A stretch of DNA of 59,556 nt from an uncultured virus (IMG/VR IMGVR_UViG_2687453727_000003) (Duplodnaviria; Heunggongvirae; Uroviricota; Caudoviricetes): IMG/VR virus record IMGVR_UViG_2687453727_000003; one strand, 5' to 3'. This document shows positions 39,712 to 50,922 of this stretch, piece after piece. Below the pieces are notes generated by a model. The model had not been told where the DNA came from, searched no databases, and was given only the letters and a program-made list of their open reading frames with translations. Within the stretch, counting starts at the first letter, position 1, and every line of letters begins with the position of its first letter. The position numbers and the translations under genes are program-made.

Positions 39712-40797
39712 ATGGCGATGCAAAAAATTATGATTATGCTTAAAGCACTTGCTGAAAGTGGATCCAGTAGAAGTAAAAGAGGTATTGTGTGTTTAATATT
39801 AGATGATCCTAAGGTGACTGGATTGCATACTTACACAAGATTACGAAATGTAAAGGAAGAATACTCAGCAGATAATAAAGCTATAATTACTAGGTGTTTT
39901 AGTGATAGAGGTGTTAAGAATCTAAAAGTAGCATGCTTTAATTCAGCAGCTCAAACTCCAGAGACTATAGAAAAGGCACTTACAATATTAAATGATGTTA
40001 AATTTAATTACATGGCATGTCCTACAGTATCGGATAATAATGATAAATTGAAAATTGCTCAGTTTATTAAGGATCAAAGAAAGAATAATAATATATTAGT
40101 AAAAGCAGTCCTTCACGATTACGCTGGTGATTATGAGGGGCTTATTAATTTTATAAATAATAAAATTAATATGTCAGATGGAACAACAACTTATACAGGA
40201 TTAGAATTTACAGTTGACATTGCTTGTTTAGCTGCTAATTGTGGTTTAGATAGTTCACTTACTAATATGGTAGTAGATGGAGTTAAATCAGTTGATGTTG
40301 TTGGCGATGATTTAGATACTTTAGTTGATGAAGGAAAGCTATTCTTATTCTATGATAATGATTTAGAATCAGTAGTTTTGTCTAAGGGTGTTAATTCTAA
40401 AGTAACTATTGGGGCTGATGAAAAGGACTCACTAAAAAAGATTAGAGTAGTTGATATTTTCGATATGATTAGAGATGATCTAAAAGTAACTTTTAAGAAG
40501 AGTTATCAAGGTAAAGTTAATAATTCTTTAAGCAAAAAAAGACTACTCGTATCAGCTTTTAATTCTTATATGAGGACCATGGTTAAGCAAGGGGCTCTAA
40601 ATGATGGTGAAACGTCTGAAACTTGGCTAGATGTGGAAGCACAGAAGGATTATTTAGAAGATCAAAAGGGTTATGATTGCTCAAACATGAAAGATGAAGA
40701 AATACTAGCATGTGATACAGATGAAAAAGTATTTGTTAAAGGAAGAGTCTATGTTGTTGATGCTATGGAAGATTTAGACCTTATCTTAAATTATTAG
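39712..40797 (+). CDS. Contractile tail sheath (XkdK-like)
   Basis: SKRGIVCLIL, KGVNS, KKIRVVDIFDMIRDD, VDAMEDL. Confidence 0.9.
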   Translation: MAMQKIMIMLKALAESGSSRSKRGIVCLILDDPKVTGLHTYTRLRNVKEEYSADNKAIITRCFSDRGVKNLKVACFNSAAQTPETIEKALTILNDVKFNYMACPTVSDNNDKLKIAQFIKDQRKNNNILVKAVLHDYAGDYEGLINFINNKINMSDGTTTYTGLEFTVDIACLAANCGLDSSLTNMVVDGVKSVDVVGDDLDTLVDEGKLFLFYDNDLESVVLSKGVNSKVTIGADEKDSLKKIRVVDIFDMIRDDLKVTFKKSYQGKVNNSLSKKRLLVSAFNSYMRTMVKQGALNDGETSETWLDVEAQKDYLEDQKGYDCSNMKDEEILACDTDEKVFVKGRVYVVDAMEDLDLILNY

Positions 40798-40813
40798 TAG
40801 AGGAAGTGATTAG

Positions 40814-41239
40814 ATGGAAAAGTTTGAAGCTAAGGACGTCATTAATGGCAAGTTTTTTTCATTATGGCTAGATGGTGATATGTATGCAGAAGTAAAAGCA
40901 GCTTCAGCAGAATCATCACTAACAACCGAAAAGATTCCTATAGCTGGTCAGTTGGGAAATGGTACAGTTGTAACTGGAGCAGAAGGAACAGGGACAATAA
41001 CATTCCATAAAGTCTTTAGTGATTTGCCAAGTAGAATCAATGATAAAATTAAGGCGGGTTTACCATTCAATTTTGATTTGATTTCAGAATTAAATGATCC
41101 AAGCCAAGATGGTGTTGAAAGAGTTATGATAGAAGATTGCACACTAACAAAATTCAAAGTCATAGATGCTGATATAACTAAAATGTTAGAGAGTACCTAT
41201 GACTTTTCTTATGATCCATGTAAAGTAACATACGAATAG
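40814..41239 (+). CDS. Tail tube (XkdM-like)
   Basis: VINGKF...LWLDG, GTGTITFHKV, SELNDP. Confidence 0.88.
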   Translation: MEKFEAKDVINGKFFSLWLDGDMYAEVKAASAESSLTTEKIPIAGQLGNGTVVTGAEGTGTITFHKVFSDLPSRINDKIKAGLPFNFDLISELNDPSQDGVERVMIEDCTLTKFKVIDADITKMLESTYDFSYDPCKVTYE

Positions 41240-41255
41240 AAAGGATGATATTGAT

Positions 41256-41657
41256 ATGGCAATTAAAATAGAGGACCTACTTAAGAATAAAGGTATTTTA
41301 GATAAGAAGATAAGTGAAAAGACAAAGGAATTAACAATTAAGTCTTTAAAGGAAAACGGAATCGGAGATGGCAAAATAATAATTAAATCATTAGATATGG
41401 ATACAATACAAAGCGCCATTAGAGAAGCAAAAGGTGATATGTATAAATCTAGTATAATTGCATGCTATAAAGGTATAGTTGAGCCAAATTTAAAAGATAA
41501 AAAATTGCATGAGGGATATGGATGTAAAACTAATCCTCATGGGATTGTTAACCACTTTTTAGATCCAAGTGAAGTTAAAGCAGTTTCAGATGAAATATCA
41601 GCATTAAGTGGTGTTGGTAGAGATGCAAGTGAAGTAATTGAAGAGATAAAAAAGTAA
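41256..41657 (+). CDS. Tail assembly chaperone (XkdN-like)
   Basis: VEPNLKD...LSG...EEIKK. Confidence 0.85.
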   Translation: MAIKIEDLLKNKGILDKKISEKTKELTIKSLKENGIGDGKIIIKSLDMDTIQSAIREAKGDMYKSSIIACYKGIVEPNLKDKKLHEGYGCKTNPHGIVNHFLDPSEVKAVSDEISALSGVGRDASEVIEEIKK

Positions 41658-41836
41658 TAAAAAAAGACCGAGAATTCAGAATGATTTCTTACTACATAGA
41701 TAGAGGACATGAAATCAAAGAATTACTTGGGCTTTCTTATTATGAAAGACTGTTTTATATAGCAAGTATGGAATTAAATCATGAAGAAGATTTAGATGAG
41801 AAAATATCATTGAATCCATTTATAAAGAAAAAGTGA
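41648..41836 (+). other. -1 programmed frameshift site and chaperone extension (G/GT type)
   Basis: A AAA AAG at 41648-41654 just before the stop; -1 frame open to TGA at 41834-41836, immediately before the tape measure gene. Confidence 0.8.
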
Positions 41837-41847
41837 GGTGAGTAATT

Positions 41848-43671
41848 ATGGAGGATTTCTTTGGAGGGAGCCTGTTAATTAAAGATGCTTTTTCAAATAC
41901 ATTTAATCAGTTTGATAATTCTGTTTCTAAAGCATCGAATGGATTTAAAATGTTTACTAGTTCAATAGGTCAAAGTGAAAGAGCAAATAGGTTAGCTACT
42001 CAAAATATGAAAAGCCAAATTGCTCAACTTTCACAGACTTATACTAAAGAAGGTTATACTATGGGGCAGGCAATCAGAAAGGCTACAAGTGAAATTTCCA
42101 GAGAAGCTCCGAAGAGCGGTAATTCGTGGGTTGATGCTTTTGGACGTATAAAACAAGTTGGTGTTGATGCATTCACAGGGATAGGAAATAAAATGCAAGC
42201 TTTTAGTAATTCCACGTTAGGAATGGTGGCTAAAATAACAGGAGGCCTTATTTCCTTAAAAGCTGCTAAAGAAGGATTAGGTGAAGGCTTTAAAACTGCT
42301 ATGGAATTTCAGGATAGCAGGATGACTCTTGATACATTGTATGGGAGTGCCACTAAAGGTGGAGAAAAGTTTAAAATGGCAACAGATTTTGCGAATGAAA
42401 CACCTTGGGAAGAATCTGAAACAGTTGGGTCTCTAGTTAAAATGAAAGCTTATGGATTAGATGATAGTAAAAAAATGATGACTATGATGTCAGATCTAGG
42501 AGCGACATTTAAAAGTATGGGACAAAACATGGATACAGCTACAGAGGCTTATGCAGACATGATAAATGGCCAATGGGAACGTATGACCCAATTTGGAATT
42601 AAACGTGAAACGTTAGATAAGTTTGCAAAAGATAATGGTATGAAAGCTTTTGATAATAAGCAAGGACAAATTACAGACAAGGATGCATTAGCAAAAGTAT
42701 TTGAACAATATATGAAAGATAAAAATTATACTGGAATGACAGATAAGTTAAGTCAAACTGCTAGTGGAAAGTTATCTACTATGACTGGAAATCTAAAGAA
42801 GTCTTTAGCTGAATTAGTTGGTATCGCTGAGGATGGAGGTGTTAAGAGTGGATCATTATTCGAGAGATTTATAAATGGAATGCAAAACTTTATTAGCAAA
42901 ATGGATTCATTTGCTGGAAGTGAAAACTTTAATAAAATTTCAAATGCTCTTGGAGATATAGGTGGAGCAATTTCAACTGGATTTGGTTACTTAATGGAGC
43001 ATCCGGAAATCGCCTCGAGTTTGATAAAACTTAGTATTGGTATGTGGGGATTAGGAAAAGTAAGCTCAATAATAACAACATTTACTGGAGTAATAGGCTC
43101 ATTTTCAGAAGGCGGAATATTGGCTGGGTTAGTTCCGGCATTAGCCCCCATAGCTCCATATGTACTTGCCATAGGTGGTGGATTTTTAGTGCTGAAATCA
43201 TTACTTTCTCCAGATGGAATGTTAAACAGAGGTCTTAGCTGGTTAATAGGTAAAATTCCTGTTTTTGGAGAAGAATTACAAAAAGGCTGGGATGAGAATT
43301 CAAATGCTTTAGCGGAATTCTTTAATGAGGCCAAAGAAGGTTGGGAGTTAATACTAGGAATTAAAAGTCCAGACGATATATTTAATAAGCAAGATGAAAA
43401 TGTAGATCCAAGCACCTTGAAGTGGTATGGAGGTAAGGATGGTAAAACATTAATAACTGATAATTCGAATGTCAAGTTTGCTACTGCAGGTGATTTGATG
43501 AAAAGCGGAGCTATAACAAAAACAAATGCTAGTAATCAATCTAATAATAAAACTGAGGTTAATTTTAATATTAATAAAGTTGAAAAAACTGCCGATATTG
43601 ATGAATTCATGGAGGAAGCAGTAAAGAGAATAGATAAACATTCACAAATAAGAAATAACTTAGATGATTAG
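41848..43671 (+). CDS. Tape measure protein
   Basis: FANETPWE, GQWERMTQFGI; position. Confidence 0.88.
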   Translation: MEDFFGGSLLIKDAFSNTFNQFDNSVSKASNGFKMFTSSIGQSERANRLATQNMKSQIAQLSQTYTKEGYTMGQAIRKATSEISREAPKSGNSWVDAFGRIKQVGVDAFTGIGNKMQAFSNSTLGMVAKITGGLISLKAAKEGLGEGFKTAMEFQDSRMTLDTLYGSATKGGEKFKMATDFANETPWEESETVGSLVKMKAYGLDDSKKMMTMMSDLGATFKSMGQNMDTATEAYADMINGQWERMTQFGIKRETLDKFAKDNGMKAFDNKQGQITDKDALAKVFEQYMKDKNYTGMTDKLSQTASGKLSTMTGNLKKSLAELVGIAEDGGVKSGSLFERFINGMQNFISKMDSFAGSENFNKISNALGDIGGAISTGFGYLMEHPEIASSLIKLSIGMWGLGKVSSIITTFTGVIGSFSEGGILAGLVPALAPIAPYVLAIGGGFLVLKSLLSPDGMLNRGLSWLIGKIPVFGEELQKGWDENSNALAEFFNEAKEGWELILGIKSPDDIFNKQDENVDPSTLKWYGGKDGKTLITDNSNVKFATAGDLMKSGAITKTNASNQSNNKTEVNFNINKVEKTADIDEFMEEAVKRIDKHSQIRNNLDD

Positions 43672-43685
43672 AAAGGTGTGAGAAT

Positions 43686-44312
43686 ATGAGTGATTTAAGA
43701 AAGGTATGGATTAAAAGTTTTACTGAAAATCTAGAAATTGTATTACCTATCACGCCTTTTCCTAAATTTAAAGAAAGTATGTCCACTAACGTTCAAGAGT
43801 TATTTGGATTTGGGGAAATAGATTCAGGATCAAATGTTAAGTTAGATACCTGGACATGTGAAAGCTTTTTTCCAGATGAAAATAATAATTATAGCTTTGA
43901 TGTTTCTTATATAAAGTATGCTCCAGAATATTATGTTGAAGTTTTGTCTAGATGGATGAAACAGGAGCAGGTACTTGAATTTCAATATTATACTGCTAAC
44001 AAAACTTTAAATGCATATTACTGCAAAATAGTAGGCTTTGATCATGAAGAAAGGAATGGAAGTAAGAATGTTTATTATACATTGTATTTTAGAGAACATA
44101 AAGAATTAAACGTAGAATACCAAGGTTCTGTTAATAGTGCTGCAATTGCAGCTAGCTATGGAAGTGATACTTATTATGTAGCTGAAGGAGATACCTTAAT
44201 AACTATTGCTGCAAAGATATATGGAGATAGCACAAAGTGGAGTTATTTAATGAATAAGAATAATCTCAAAAATCCATTAGATATAACTGCTGGACAAAGT
44301 TTGAAATTGTGA
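43686..44312 (+). CDS. LysM tail-tube initiator (XkdP-like)
   Basis: YYVAEGDTLITIAAKIYGD...NPLDITAGQSL. Confidence 0.88.
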   Translation: MSDLRKVWIKSFTENLEIVLPITPFPKFKESMSTNVQELFGFGEIDSGSNVKLDTWTCESFFPDENNNYSFDVSYIKYAPEYYVEVLSRWMKQEQVLEFQYYTANKTLNAYYCKIVGFDHEERNGSKNVYYTLYFREHKELNVEYQGSVNSAAIAASYGSDTYYVAEGDTLITIAAKIYGDSTKWSYLMNKNNLKNPLDITAGQSLKL

Positions 44313-44322
44313 GGTCTATATT

Positions 44323-46362
44323 ATGAATGATTTAAAATTGCAAGTACGGAAGTGGAATGATACAGCGAATTATCATTATATACAAGATTATTGTACGTCA
44401 ATAAAATTACCTAAGAGTTTTAGCCAAATTGCTGCAGAGTTGAGTTTTGAAGTACCATATGCAACATTATCGGCCTCATTATTGGCTTTAAATATTGAGA
44501 TGGGAGATTTAGTAACTTTATTTTATAAAGAAACTCAAATATTTAATGGAAAAGTTATTGATACAAATCTAAAAGGTAAAGCTCAAACATTATCAGTAAA
44601 CTGCTATGACTATACATGGTGGGTTTGTAAATCTAATATAACTAGAAATTTTAGTAAAATATCAGTTAGGGATGCATTAATAGATATTTATAAATCGCTT
44701 GGAGCAAGTTATCAAATCGATAGTGAGCTTGGTGACAATGGAAATATTATTATAGATAGTCATTTGGTTAAAAATAAACCAGCTTCAAAGGTTTTATATG
44801 CAATATATAGTGAAGTTACTAAGGCCAAATCTGGTGTTTATTATTACATGCATACAGAGGGTGATGGATCAACACTTACTATTACTGAGGCGGATAAGTA
44901 TTATAGTGGATTAACAATACAAGCTCCGACATCTAAGAATTCAGCAGATGGTAATTTGATTGATTATGAAATAAGCGAATCAATGCAAAACATGATTACA
45001 ACCATTGAATTTCATAAGACCAATGGTGAGGTATACAGTGAGATTGGGAAAGGTGGAGCAATATCTTTACCTGATGATGATATCAAGAGATATGGTACTA
45101 TTCAGGAAAATATTGAGGTAGATGACGATGATACAAAGGCCATAAAAGCACAAGAGGAAGGCAACCAAAAGTTAAGTGTACAAGGTAAGCCATCAGAAGA
45201 TCTTGAAGTCACTTGCATAGGTGATATAGGATATCAAGTAGCTTATGGAGTAATGGTAAAGATTCCAGGGACTAATTATTATGATAAGTTCATGTATATA
45301 GTTTCAAGTGAATGGAGCTGGGCTAAGAATAGCAAATTTGATAAAGAATTTAAATTTATAAGTAAATTAACTCTATCACCAAGTAAAAATCAAAATTTAA
45401 CTGAGTGGACAGATATTGAAGAGAAACAAGATAGTAATTCCAATAATATTGGCACATCAAGTGATTTGGTAAATAGAATTATCGCCGAGTTAAAGAGACA
45501 TTTAGGTTTAGCTTATAAATGGGCAGGTAAATCTCCAGCAGATGGAGGAATGGATTGCTCTGGATATATAGCTTATGTTTATAATCAGTTTGCAAGTGAG
45601 CTTGAAATAAAATCTAGTGATGGTAATTTATATTCTCAAACAGAAGTTATGATGACCGAGGGAAAAGATGTAACTAGTGATTTTCCTGATAAAGTTAGAG
45701 CATGTGATATTATATTCCCTAATCCAGGACATGTTGTAGCTTATATTGGAAATAACCAAATCATAGAAGAGCCTAATAGTAAGAGCGTATGCAGAATTGT
45801 TAATATGTCAGAAGATAGTAGATTTAAAGAAGTTACTAAAGTTATAAGAGTAGTTCCAGATAGCGCGTGGGAAGCAAACTCAGGAAGTGCTAATGGTAGT
45901 AGTGGAAAATATTCTAGTAAATTAGTTGAATTTACTGAATCATGGGAAGGATTCAGAAGCAGTGTTTATTATGATTCAGGAGGAGTTGCGACTATAGGCT
46001 ATGGAACTACTGCGCAGGCTGAAGGCGGCATTGGAACTACTGCAATATCAAAAGGAACCTGTACAGAGGAAGAAGCTGAAATGTGGTTAAAGGTTGAAAT
46101 GGATGCAGTATCGAAGCAAATAGAAAAAACTTGTTTAAATAAGGGTGTTACTTTGAATCAATTCTTTTTTGACTGTATATGCGATTTATGTTATCAATGG
46201 GGATGGCCTACAATCTTAAACAGTGATAAACATAATATATTTTCTAGTTTGTGCAATGGTGACGTATCTACAGCTAAATCAGGAATCATGTCATTAGGGT
46301 ATGGAAGAAGAGATAGTGCTAGATGTGATGTGTTATCAGGAACTTATACTTTGAATGATTAG
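44323..46362 (+). CDS. Baseplate hub (XkdQ-like) fused to NlpC/P60 and GH24-like lysozyme domains
   Basis: YKWAG...MDCSG...GHV; WEGFRSSVYYDSGGVATIGYGT. Confidence 0.88.
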   Translation: MNDLKLQVRKWNDTANYHYIQDYCTSIKLPKSFSQIAAELSFEVPYATLSASLLALNIEMGDLVTLFYKETQIFNGKVIDTNLKGKAQTLSVNCYDYTWWVCKSNITRNFSKISVRDALIDIYKSLGASYQIDSELGDNGNIIIDSHLVKNKPASKVLYAIYSEVTKAKSGVYYYMHTEGDGSTLTITEADKYYSGLTIQAPTSKNSADGNLIDYEISESMQNMITTIEFHKTNGEVYSEIGKGGAISLPDDDIKRYGTIQENIEVDDDDTKAIKAQEEGNQKLSVQGKPSEDLEVTCIGDIGYQVAYGVMVKIPGTNYYDKFMYIVSSEWSWAKNSKFDKEFKFISKLTLSPSKNQNLTEWTDIEEKQDSNSNNIGTSSDLVNRIIAELKRHLGLAYKWAGKSPADGGMDCSGYIAYVYNQFASELEIKSSDGNLYSQTEVMMTEGKDVTSDFPDKVRACDIIFPNPGHVVAYIGNNQIIEEPNSKSVCRIVNMSEDSRFKEVTKVIRVVPDSAWEANSGSANGSSGKYSSKLVEFTESWEGFRSSVYYDSGGVATIGYGTTAQAEGGIGTTAISKGTCTEEEAEMWLKVEMDAVSKQIEKTCLNKGVTLNQFFFDCICDLCYQWGWPTILNSDKHNIFSSLCNGDVSTAKSGIMSLGYGRRDSARCDVLSGTYTLND

Positions 46363-46372
46363 AGGTGATTAA

Positions 46373-46717
46373 ATGAGTAAATGGGAAGAAAAATGGATAA
46401 AACATGTTGAAAAAGCATCCAAGAATGCTATTGATTTAAAAGAGATAGAGATGGGAAGAATTGTTTCAGTAAATCCATTAGAGATTATAAATGGAGATTT
46501 ATCTTTGTTTGAAGATAATTTATACATAAATCCTAATTTATTAGATCATACAAGAGAATTTAATGTTTTAACAGGAACTATTGGAGGTAGTACAACTACT
46601 ATTTCTGATGGTTTTATTTATTTTAAATCAGAATTAAATCAAGATGATCTAGTTGCATTGATAAAACTAAATAAAAAGAAATATTTGGTTTTATGTAAGA
46701 TAGGAGGAGTGCAATGA
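46373..46717 (+). CDS. Baseplate protein (XkdR-like)
   Basis: GRIVSVNPL...KYLVLCKI. Confidence 0.8.
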   Translation: MSKWEEKWIKHVEKASKNAIDLKEIEMGRIVSVNPLEIINGDLSLFEDNLYINPNLLDHTREFNVLTGTIGGSTTTISDGFIYFKSELNQDDLVALIKLNKKKYLVLCKIGGVQ

Positions 46718-47151
46718 GCATTTTCCCAAGAGATTATAACCAAGCAAGTAATAAAAGCAAAAATGTAATAACTAAATCAGAATCTCTACCTTTGTTAAAA
46801 GAATATGCGATTGATTTTGATAGTGGTGAAATTTTAACAGATGAAAAAGGAAAGTTTTATATAGTTGATGGAATTGAAGCTGTAAAAGTTAGGTGTTGGT
46901 TAGCATTAAAAATTCAAAAGGGAAGGTATTTGATTTATCCTAATGAAGGCAATAATCTTAAAAGTTTAATAGGAAAAGATATTACTTACGTAAATAAAAG
47001 TATTCAATCGATATTAAATGAAGCATTAGTTGATGGTATGTATGTAACATCCGTAAATAATATAAGTATTGAACAAAATGGAGATACATTTACAACAGAA
47101 TTTACAATAAACTCTATCTATGGTTCCTATAATAAGGAAGAAAGTTGGTGA
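46714..47151 (+). CDS. Baseplate wedge / sheath initiator (XkdS-like)
   Basis: EYAIDF...GIEAVKV...RYLIY. Confidence 0.82.
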   Translation: MSIFPRDYNQASNKSKNVITKSESLPLLKEYAIDFDSGEILTDEKGKFYIVDGIEAVKVRCWLALKIQKGRYLIYPNEGNNLKSLIGKDITYVNKSIQSILNEALVDGMYVTSVNNISIEQNGDTFTTEFTINSIYGSYNKEESW

Positions 47152-47155
47152 TAAA

Positions 47156-48250
47156 ATGGCCTTCTATAAAAGTGCAGAAGATTATTATAAAGAAATGACG
47201 AGTACCATAACAGACGTTGATACATCAGAACATAGTCTTATATATGCAGCTCTTATGCCAGCATGTTATGAATTATCTTATCAATCTTTAATGCTAGATG
47301 AAGTTACTAAAAGAGTATTTGCTAAAAGTGCACTAGAAAATGGTTATTATGATGATTTAAGAAATAGATGCTTAGAAATGGGGATAGAGCAAAAGCTTGC
47401 TACTACAGCTACTGGAACTATTAAAATTACTGGGAAAATAAATTCAAAACTTCCAAGTGGAGTATTAGTTTCAACAGCACTCGGAATAACATATTTAACT
47501 CAATCAGATGTAATAGTCAATTCTGAAGGCATAGGATATACAGGAATTATAGCAAGTGATAAGGGAAGTAAATATAATGCTAATGTTGGAGATGTTAGCT
47601 TATTACCAGTTAAATATGAAGGGATATATGGAGTTACTAATGAATCAAAAATTGATAATGGTTATGATGATGAAACCTATGAAGCATTATATCAGAGATA
47701 TTTAACAAAGGTACAAACTCCAGCTACCAGTGGAAATAAATATCACTATAAAAATTGGGCTCTTGAGGTAACTGGTGTTGGCAGTGCTGATGCTATTCCA
47801 CTATGGGATAAAAGCAATGGATTAAATGGTAATGGTACTGTTAAAGTGATTATTACAAATAGTAATTATAGAGCTGCAGGTGCTGATTTGATAAAGGCCG
47901 TATATGATCATATTGAAGAAGAAAGACCTATAGGTCCAATAGTAACTGTAGTTTCAGCAGAGGAGCTTATATTAAATATTTGTGCGAAAATCGAGTTTGA
48001 TTCGGCTACTTATGATTCTAATACTTTAAAAAATAATATATCAAGTATAGTATCTGATTATTTAAAGAACGGTGTGTCGTTACCTAAGAAATTAAAAGAG
48101 ATAAGTATAATGAAGATAGGGGCATTAATTCTGAGTGCTACTGGAGTAGATGATTGTACAAGTGTATCCATAAATTCTTCAACTGTAAATATTCCTATAG
48201 CTGATAATCAATTACCTGTATTAGGTGAGGTGATGTTTAATGTTACTTAG
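47156..48250 (+). CDS. Baseplate J-like protein (XkdT-like)
   Basis: GYDDE, TPATSGNKYHYKNWALEVTGV, GNGTVKV, RPIG. Confidence 0.92.
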   Translation: MAFYKSAEDYYKEMTSTITDVDTSEHSLIYAALMPACYELSYQSLMLDEVTKRVFAKSALENGYYDDLRNRCLEMGIEQKLATTATGTIKITGKINSKLPSGVLVSTALGITYLTQSDVIVNSEGIGYTGIIASDKGSKYNANVGDVSLLPVKYEGIYGVTNESKIDNGYDDETYEALYQRYLTKVQTPATSGNKYHYKNWALEVTGVGSADAIPLWDKSNGLNGNGTVKVIITNSNYRAAGADLIKAVYDHIEEERPIGPIVTVVSAEELILNICAKIEFDSATYDSNTLKNNISSIVSDYLKNGVSLPKKLKEISIMKIGALILSATGVDDCTSVSINSSTVNIPIADNQLPVLGEVMFNVT

Positions 48251-48854
48251 AGAATATGTACCACCAGTTTTGTGTAATGAAAAAATATTTAGCAGAATAT
48301 ATTCAACACAACAAGAAAAAGTTGATGGCATAAATAATGATATACAAGATTTAATAAATCAATGCTTTATAGATACTGCCACATGGAGCTTATCAATATG
48401 GGAAGAGGAATACGGACTTAAAACAGTAATAGACGATACTTATGAAAATAGAAGAAATAGGATTAGAGCCAAGAAACGAGGTACAAGAACAACAACAAAA
48501 GAAGTAATTAGAGGTATATGTAATAGCTTTGTTGATAAAACAATAATTACAGAATACGGTCCACAGTACTATTTTGACTTATTGTTAAAAAGTTATAGCG
48601 GATTTCATAATTATTTACAGGATCTTATGGAGATTATTGAAGAATTAAAGCCAGCTCATTTAGGAGTTACATATCATTTGATGGCCGTAACTCAATCTAA
48701 TCTGTATATTGCATTAGCTGGATTTTCAGGAGAAATTATTAAAACATATCCATGGACACCGAATGACATAGAATCTAAACTAGACTATTATGTTCCAACA
48801 TTCCAGCCTTCTAGTTTAGAGAAAATAAAAACATATCCTAAGGAGGCGATTTAA
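48240..48854 (+). CDS. Baseplate protein (XkdU/YmfQ-like)
   Basis: FIDTATWSLSIWEEEYG, LKPAHL. Confidence 0.88.
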   Translation: MLLREYVPPVLCNEKIFSRIYSTQQEKVDGINNDIQDLINQCFIDTATWSLSIWEEEYGLKTVIDDTYENRRNRIRAKKRGTRTTTKEVIRGICNSFVDKTIITEYGPQYYFDLLLKSYSGFHNYLQDLMEIIEELKPAHLGVTYHLMAVTQSNLYIALAGFSGEIIKTYPWTPNDIESKLDYYVPTFQPSSLEKIKTYPKEAI

Positions 48855-50905
48855 TGTCAGAGAAATTCTATAGCTTGCTGACTAATATAGGAAAAGCAAA
48901 AATTGCTAATAGTGTTGGGCTTGGAACAAAAATTAATTTTTCGATAATGAAGGTAGGTGATGGAGGAGGCTCATACTACGATCCCACTGAAGATCAAACA
49001 GATTTAAAAAATGTTGTTTGGCAAGGAAATATAAATCATGTTGAAATTGATGAGGAGAACCCAAATTGGATAAATATTGAGGTGATGATACCTTCAACAG
49101 TCGGAGGATTTACCATACGGGAATATGGGGCCTTTGATGAAGAAGGAAATATGCTAGGAATATGTAAGTGTGCTGAAACTTATAAACCTGTGATTGCAGA
49201 TGGCTCAACAAAGGAATTACTTTTGAATTTGGTATTAGCAATTTCTAATACTAGTACTGTTAGTCTTAAAGTAGATCCAACGATAATATTTGCTAAGAAG
49301 TCAGAAGTTGAGCAACTAAGAGCAGATATTAATACACAATTGTCAGATATGGTGTATCAAACAGCAGGAGGATCTGCCACAGTAATAACACTTACAATTA
49401 AAGGAACGCTAGTAACTGGATATCCAATAACGTTTATAGCAAGTGCAAACAATGGTGGAGTTGCTACTAAAATAAATGGAAAATCAGTATACAAACCTGG
49501 AACAACTACACCACCAAATTTTATTAAAGATAAAGCATATACTGTATGGTATAACTCGATAAGTGATTGTTTTTTTATCAAAGCTAGTGCAGAGGGGACT
49601 GCTGTAGCCACCAATGTACTAGCAGGAACGACTTTTAGTAATGATATCGATACTGGTATTCCTGGCGGAATGGCTAATAATGGAGCTGTTTCATCTACGT
49701 TAACAAACAATAATCAAGAATATGTAATACCGGCAGGATTTCATAATGGGTTAGGAAAAATTAAGGCAATAATAACTAATTTAGCAGCTGCAGTTATAAA
49801 GGCTGGCACAACTGTAGGAGGAATAGTTGGCACATTTACGTCAGATGCAACCGCAGTCGCAGCCGACATCATAAATGGTAAAACAGCATATGTAAATAGT
49901 AATAAGATTACAGGAAACGCAACGATAAAGAGCTTAGGGGGATATGGAGTGGGAGATATAATAGATGCTGAAAGCTTATCATATAGCTTTACGAGCATAA
50001 GAAGCACCACAGATTATAAAAACATTCCGAAGATGGTACATGATAGCTCTGGTAATTACTATATACTAGATGGCACATATGTAAGAAAATTTAATTCTAG
50101 TGGTACGTTGCAATGGTCTTATAATTGTGGGAATACAGTAATGGATATAGCAATAAATATTTTAGGTACTTATATTTATATAGCAGATGGGAATGCCAAC
50201 AGCAATATTAATGGTAATATCAGAAAAATAAGTTCTAGTGGTGTGCAAGCATGGGCTTACCCTGTTACTAGTTATTACATGGACTCATTAGATATAGATA
50301 GTACAGAAAATGTTTATGCATCAAGTAATAGTAGCTCCAATTATGGATATATATATAAAATCAATTCTAGTGGCACTTTACAATGGTCTGTTTCTGTTTA
50401 TGGCGCAGGAGCTAGGGCTTTGGTATTGGATAGTTCTGCAAACATTTATCTAGCGGTGTTTAGTAGTAGCTATAGTAGTGCTACTATTTACAAATATAAT
50501 TCAAATGGAACAATGTTAGCACCAACATCTGGTGTAGGGATAAGTTATTTCTCTAAGATATGTATAGATAGTGCAAATAATATATATGTTTTAGTAGAAA
50601 CAGGTTCATTAGCTGTTCTATATAAATACGATACTAATTTAAATATAATAAAATCACTAAATTTTAGTAATGATAATGTACAGGAAATAACAGTAAATAA
50701 AGCAAAAAATACATTAAGGTTAGCTCATTATGATACAGGGAGAATTTCAAGATTAGATTCTGATTTCAATATACTAAGTACTATACAGACAGGTATAAAA
50801 TCAACTCCAATATATAGTGTAAACATGGTTGCTGATAATGTTGTAGCATTAAGTAATTCAATTCAAACAATATTCTATAAAGAACAATTTACAATAACAT
50901 CATAG
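48854..50905 (+). CDS. Tail fibre / receptor-binding protein with C-terminal beta-propeller repeats
   Basis: LTNIGKAKIAN, GGFTIREYG, ETYKP; repeated K(F/I)NSSGTLQW. Confidence 0.88.
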   Translation: MSEKFYSLLTNIGKAKIANSVGLGTKINFSIMKVGDGGGSYYDPTEDQTDLKNVVWQGNINHVEIDEENPNWINIEVMIPSTVGGFTIREYGAFDEEGNMLGICKCAETYKPVIADGSTKELLLNLVLAISNTSTVSLKVDPTIIFAKKSEVEQLRADINTQLSDMVYQTAGGSATVITLTIKGTLVTGYPITFIASANNGGVATKINGKSVYKPGTTTPPNFIKDKAYTVWYNSISDCFFIKASAEGTAVATNVLAGTTFSNDIDTGIPGGMANNGAVSSTLTNNNQEYVIPAGFHNGLGKIKAIITNLAAAVIKAGTTVGGIVGTFTSDATAVAADIINGKTAYVNSNKITGNATIKSLGGYGVGDIIDAESLSYSFTSIRSTTDYKNIPKMVHDSSGNYYILDGTYVRKFNSSGTLQWSYNCGNTVMDIAINILGTYIYIADGNANSNINGNIRKISSSGVQAWAYPVTSYYMDSLDIDSTENVYASSNSSSNYGYIYKINSSGTLQWSVSVYGAGARALVLDSSANIYLAVFSSSYSSATIYKYNSNGTMLAPTSGVGISYFSKICIDSANNIYVLVETGSLAVLYKYDTNLNIIKSLNFSNDNVQEITVNKAKNTLRLAHYDTGRISRLDSDFNILSTIQTGIKSTPIYSVNMVADNVVALSNSIQTIFYKEQFTITS

Positions 50906-50922
50906 AAAGGTGGTAATTTTAG

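Noticed and set aside
49320..50905. Tail fibre diversification by DGR or shufflon
   Set aside because: No reverse transcriptase, no template/variable repeat pair, and no alternative C-terminal cassettes or repeated junctions seen.
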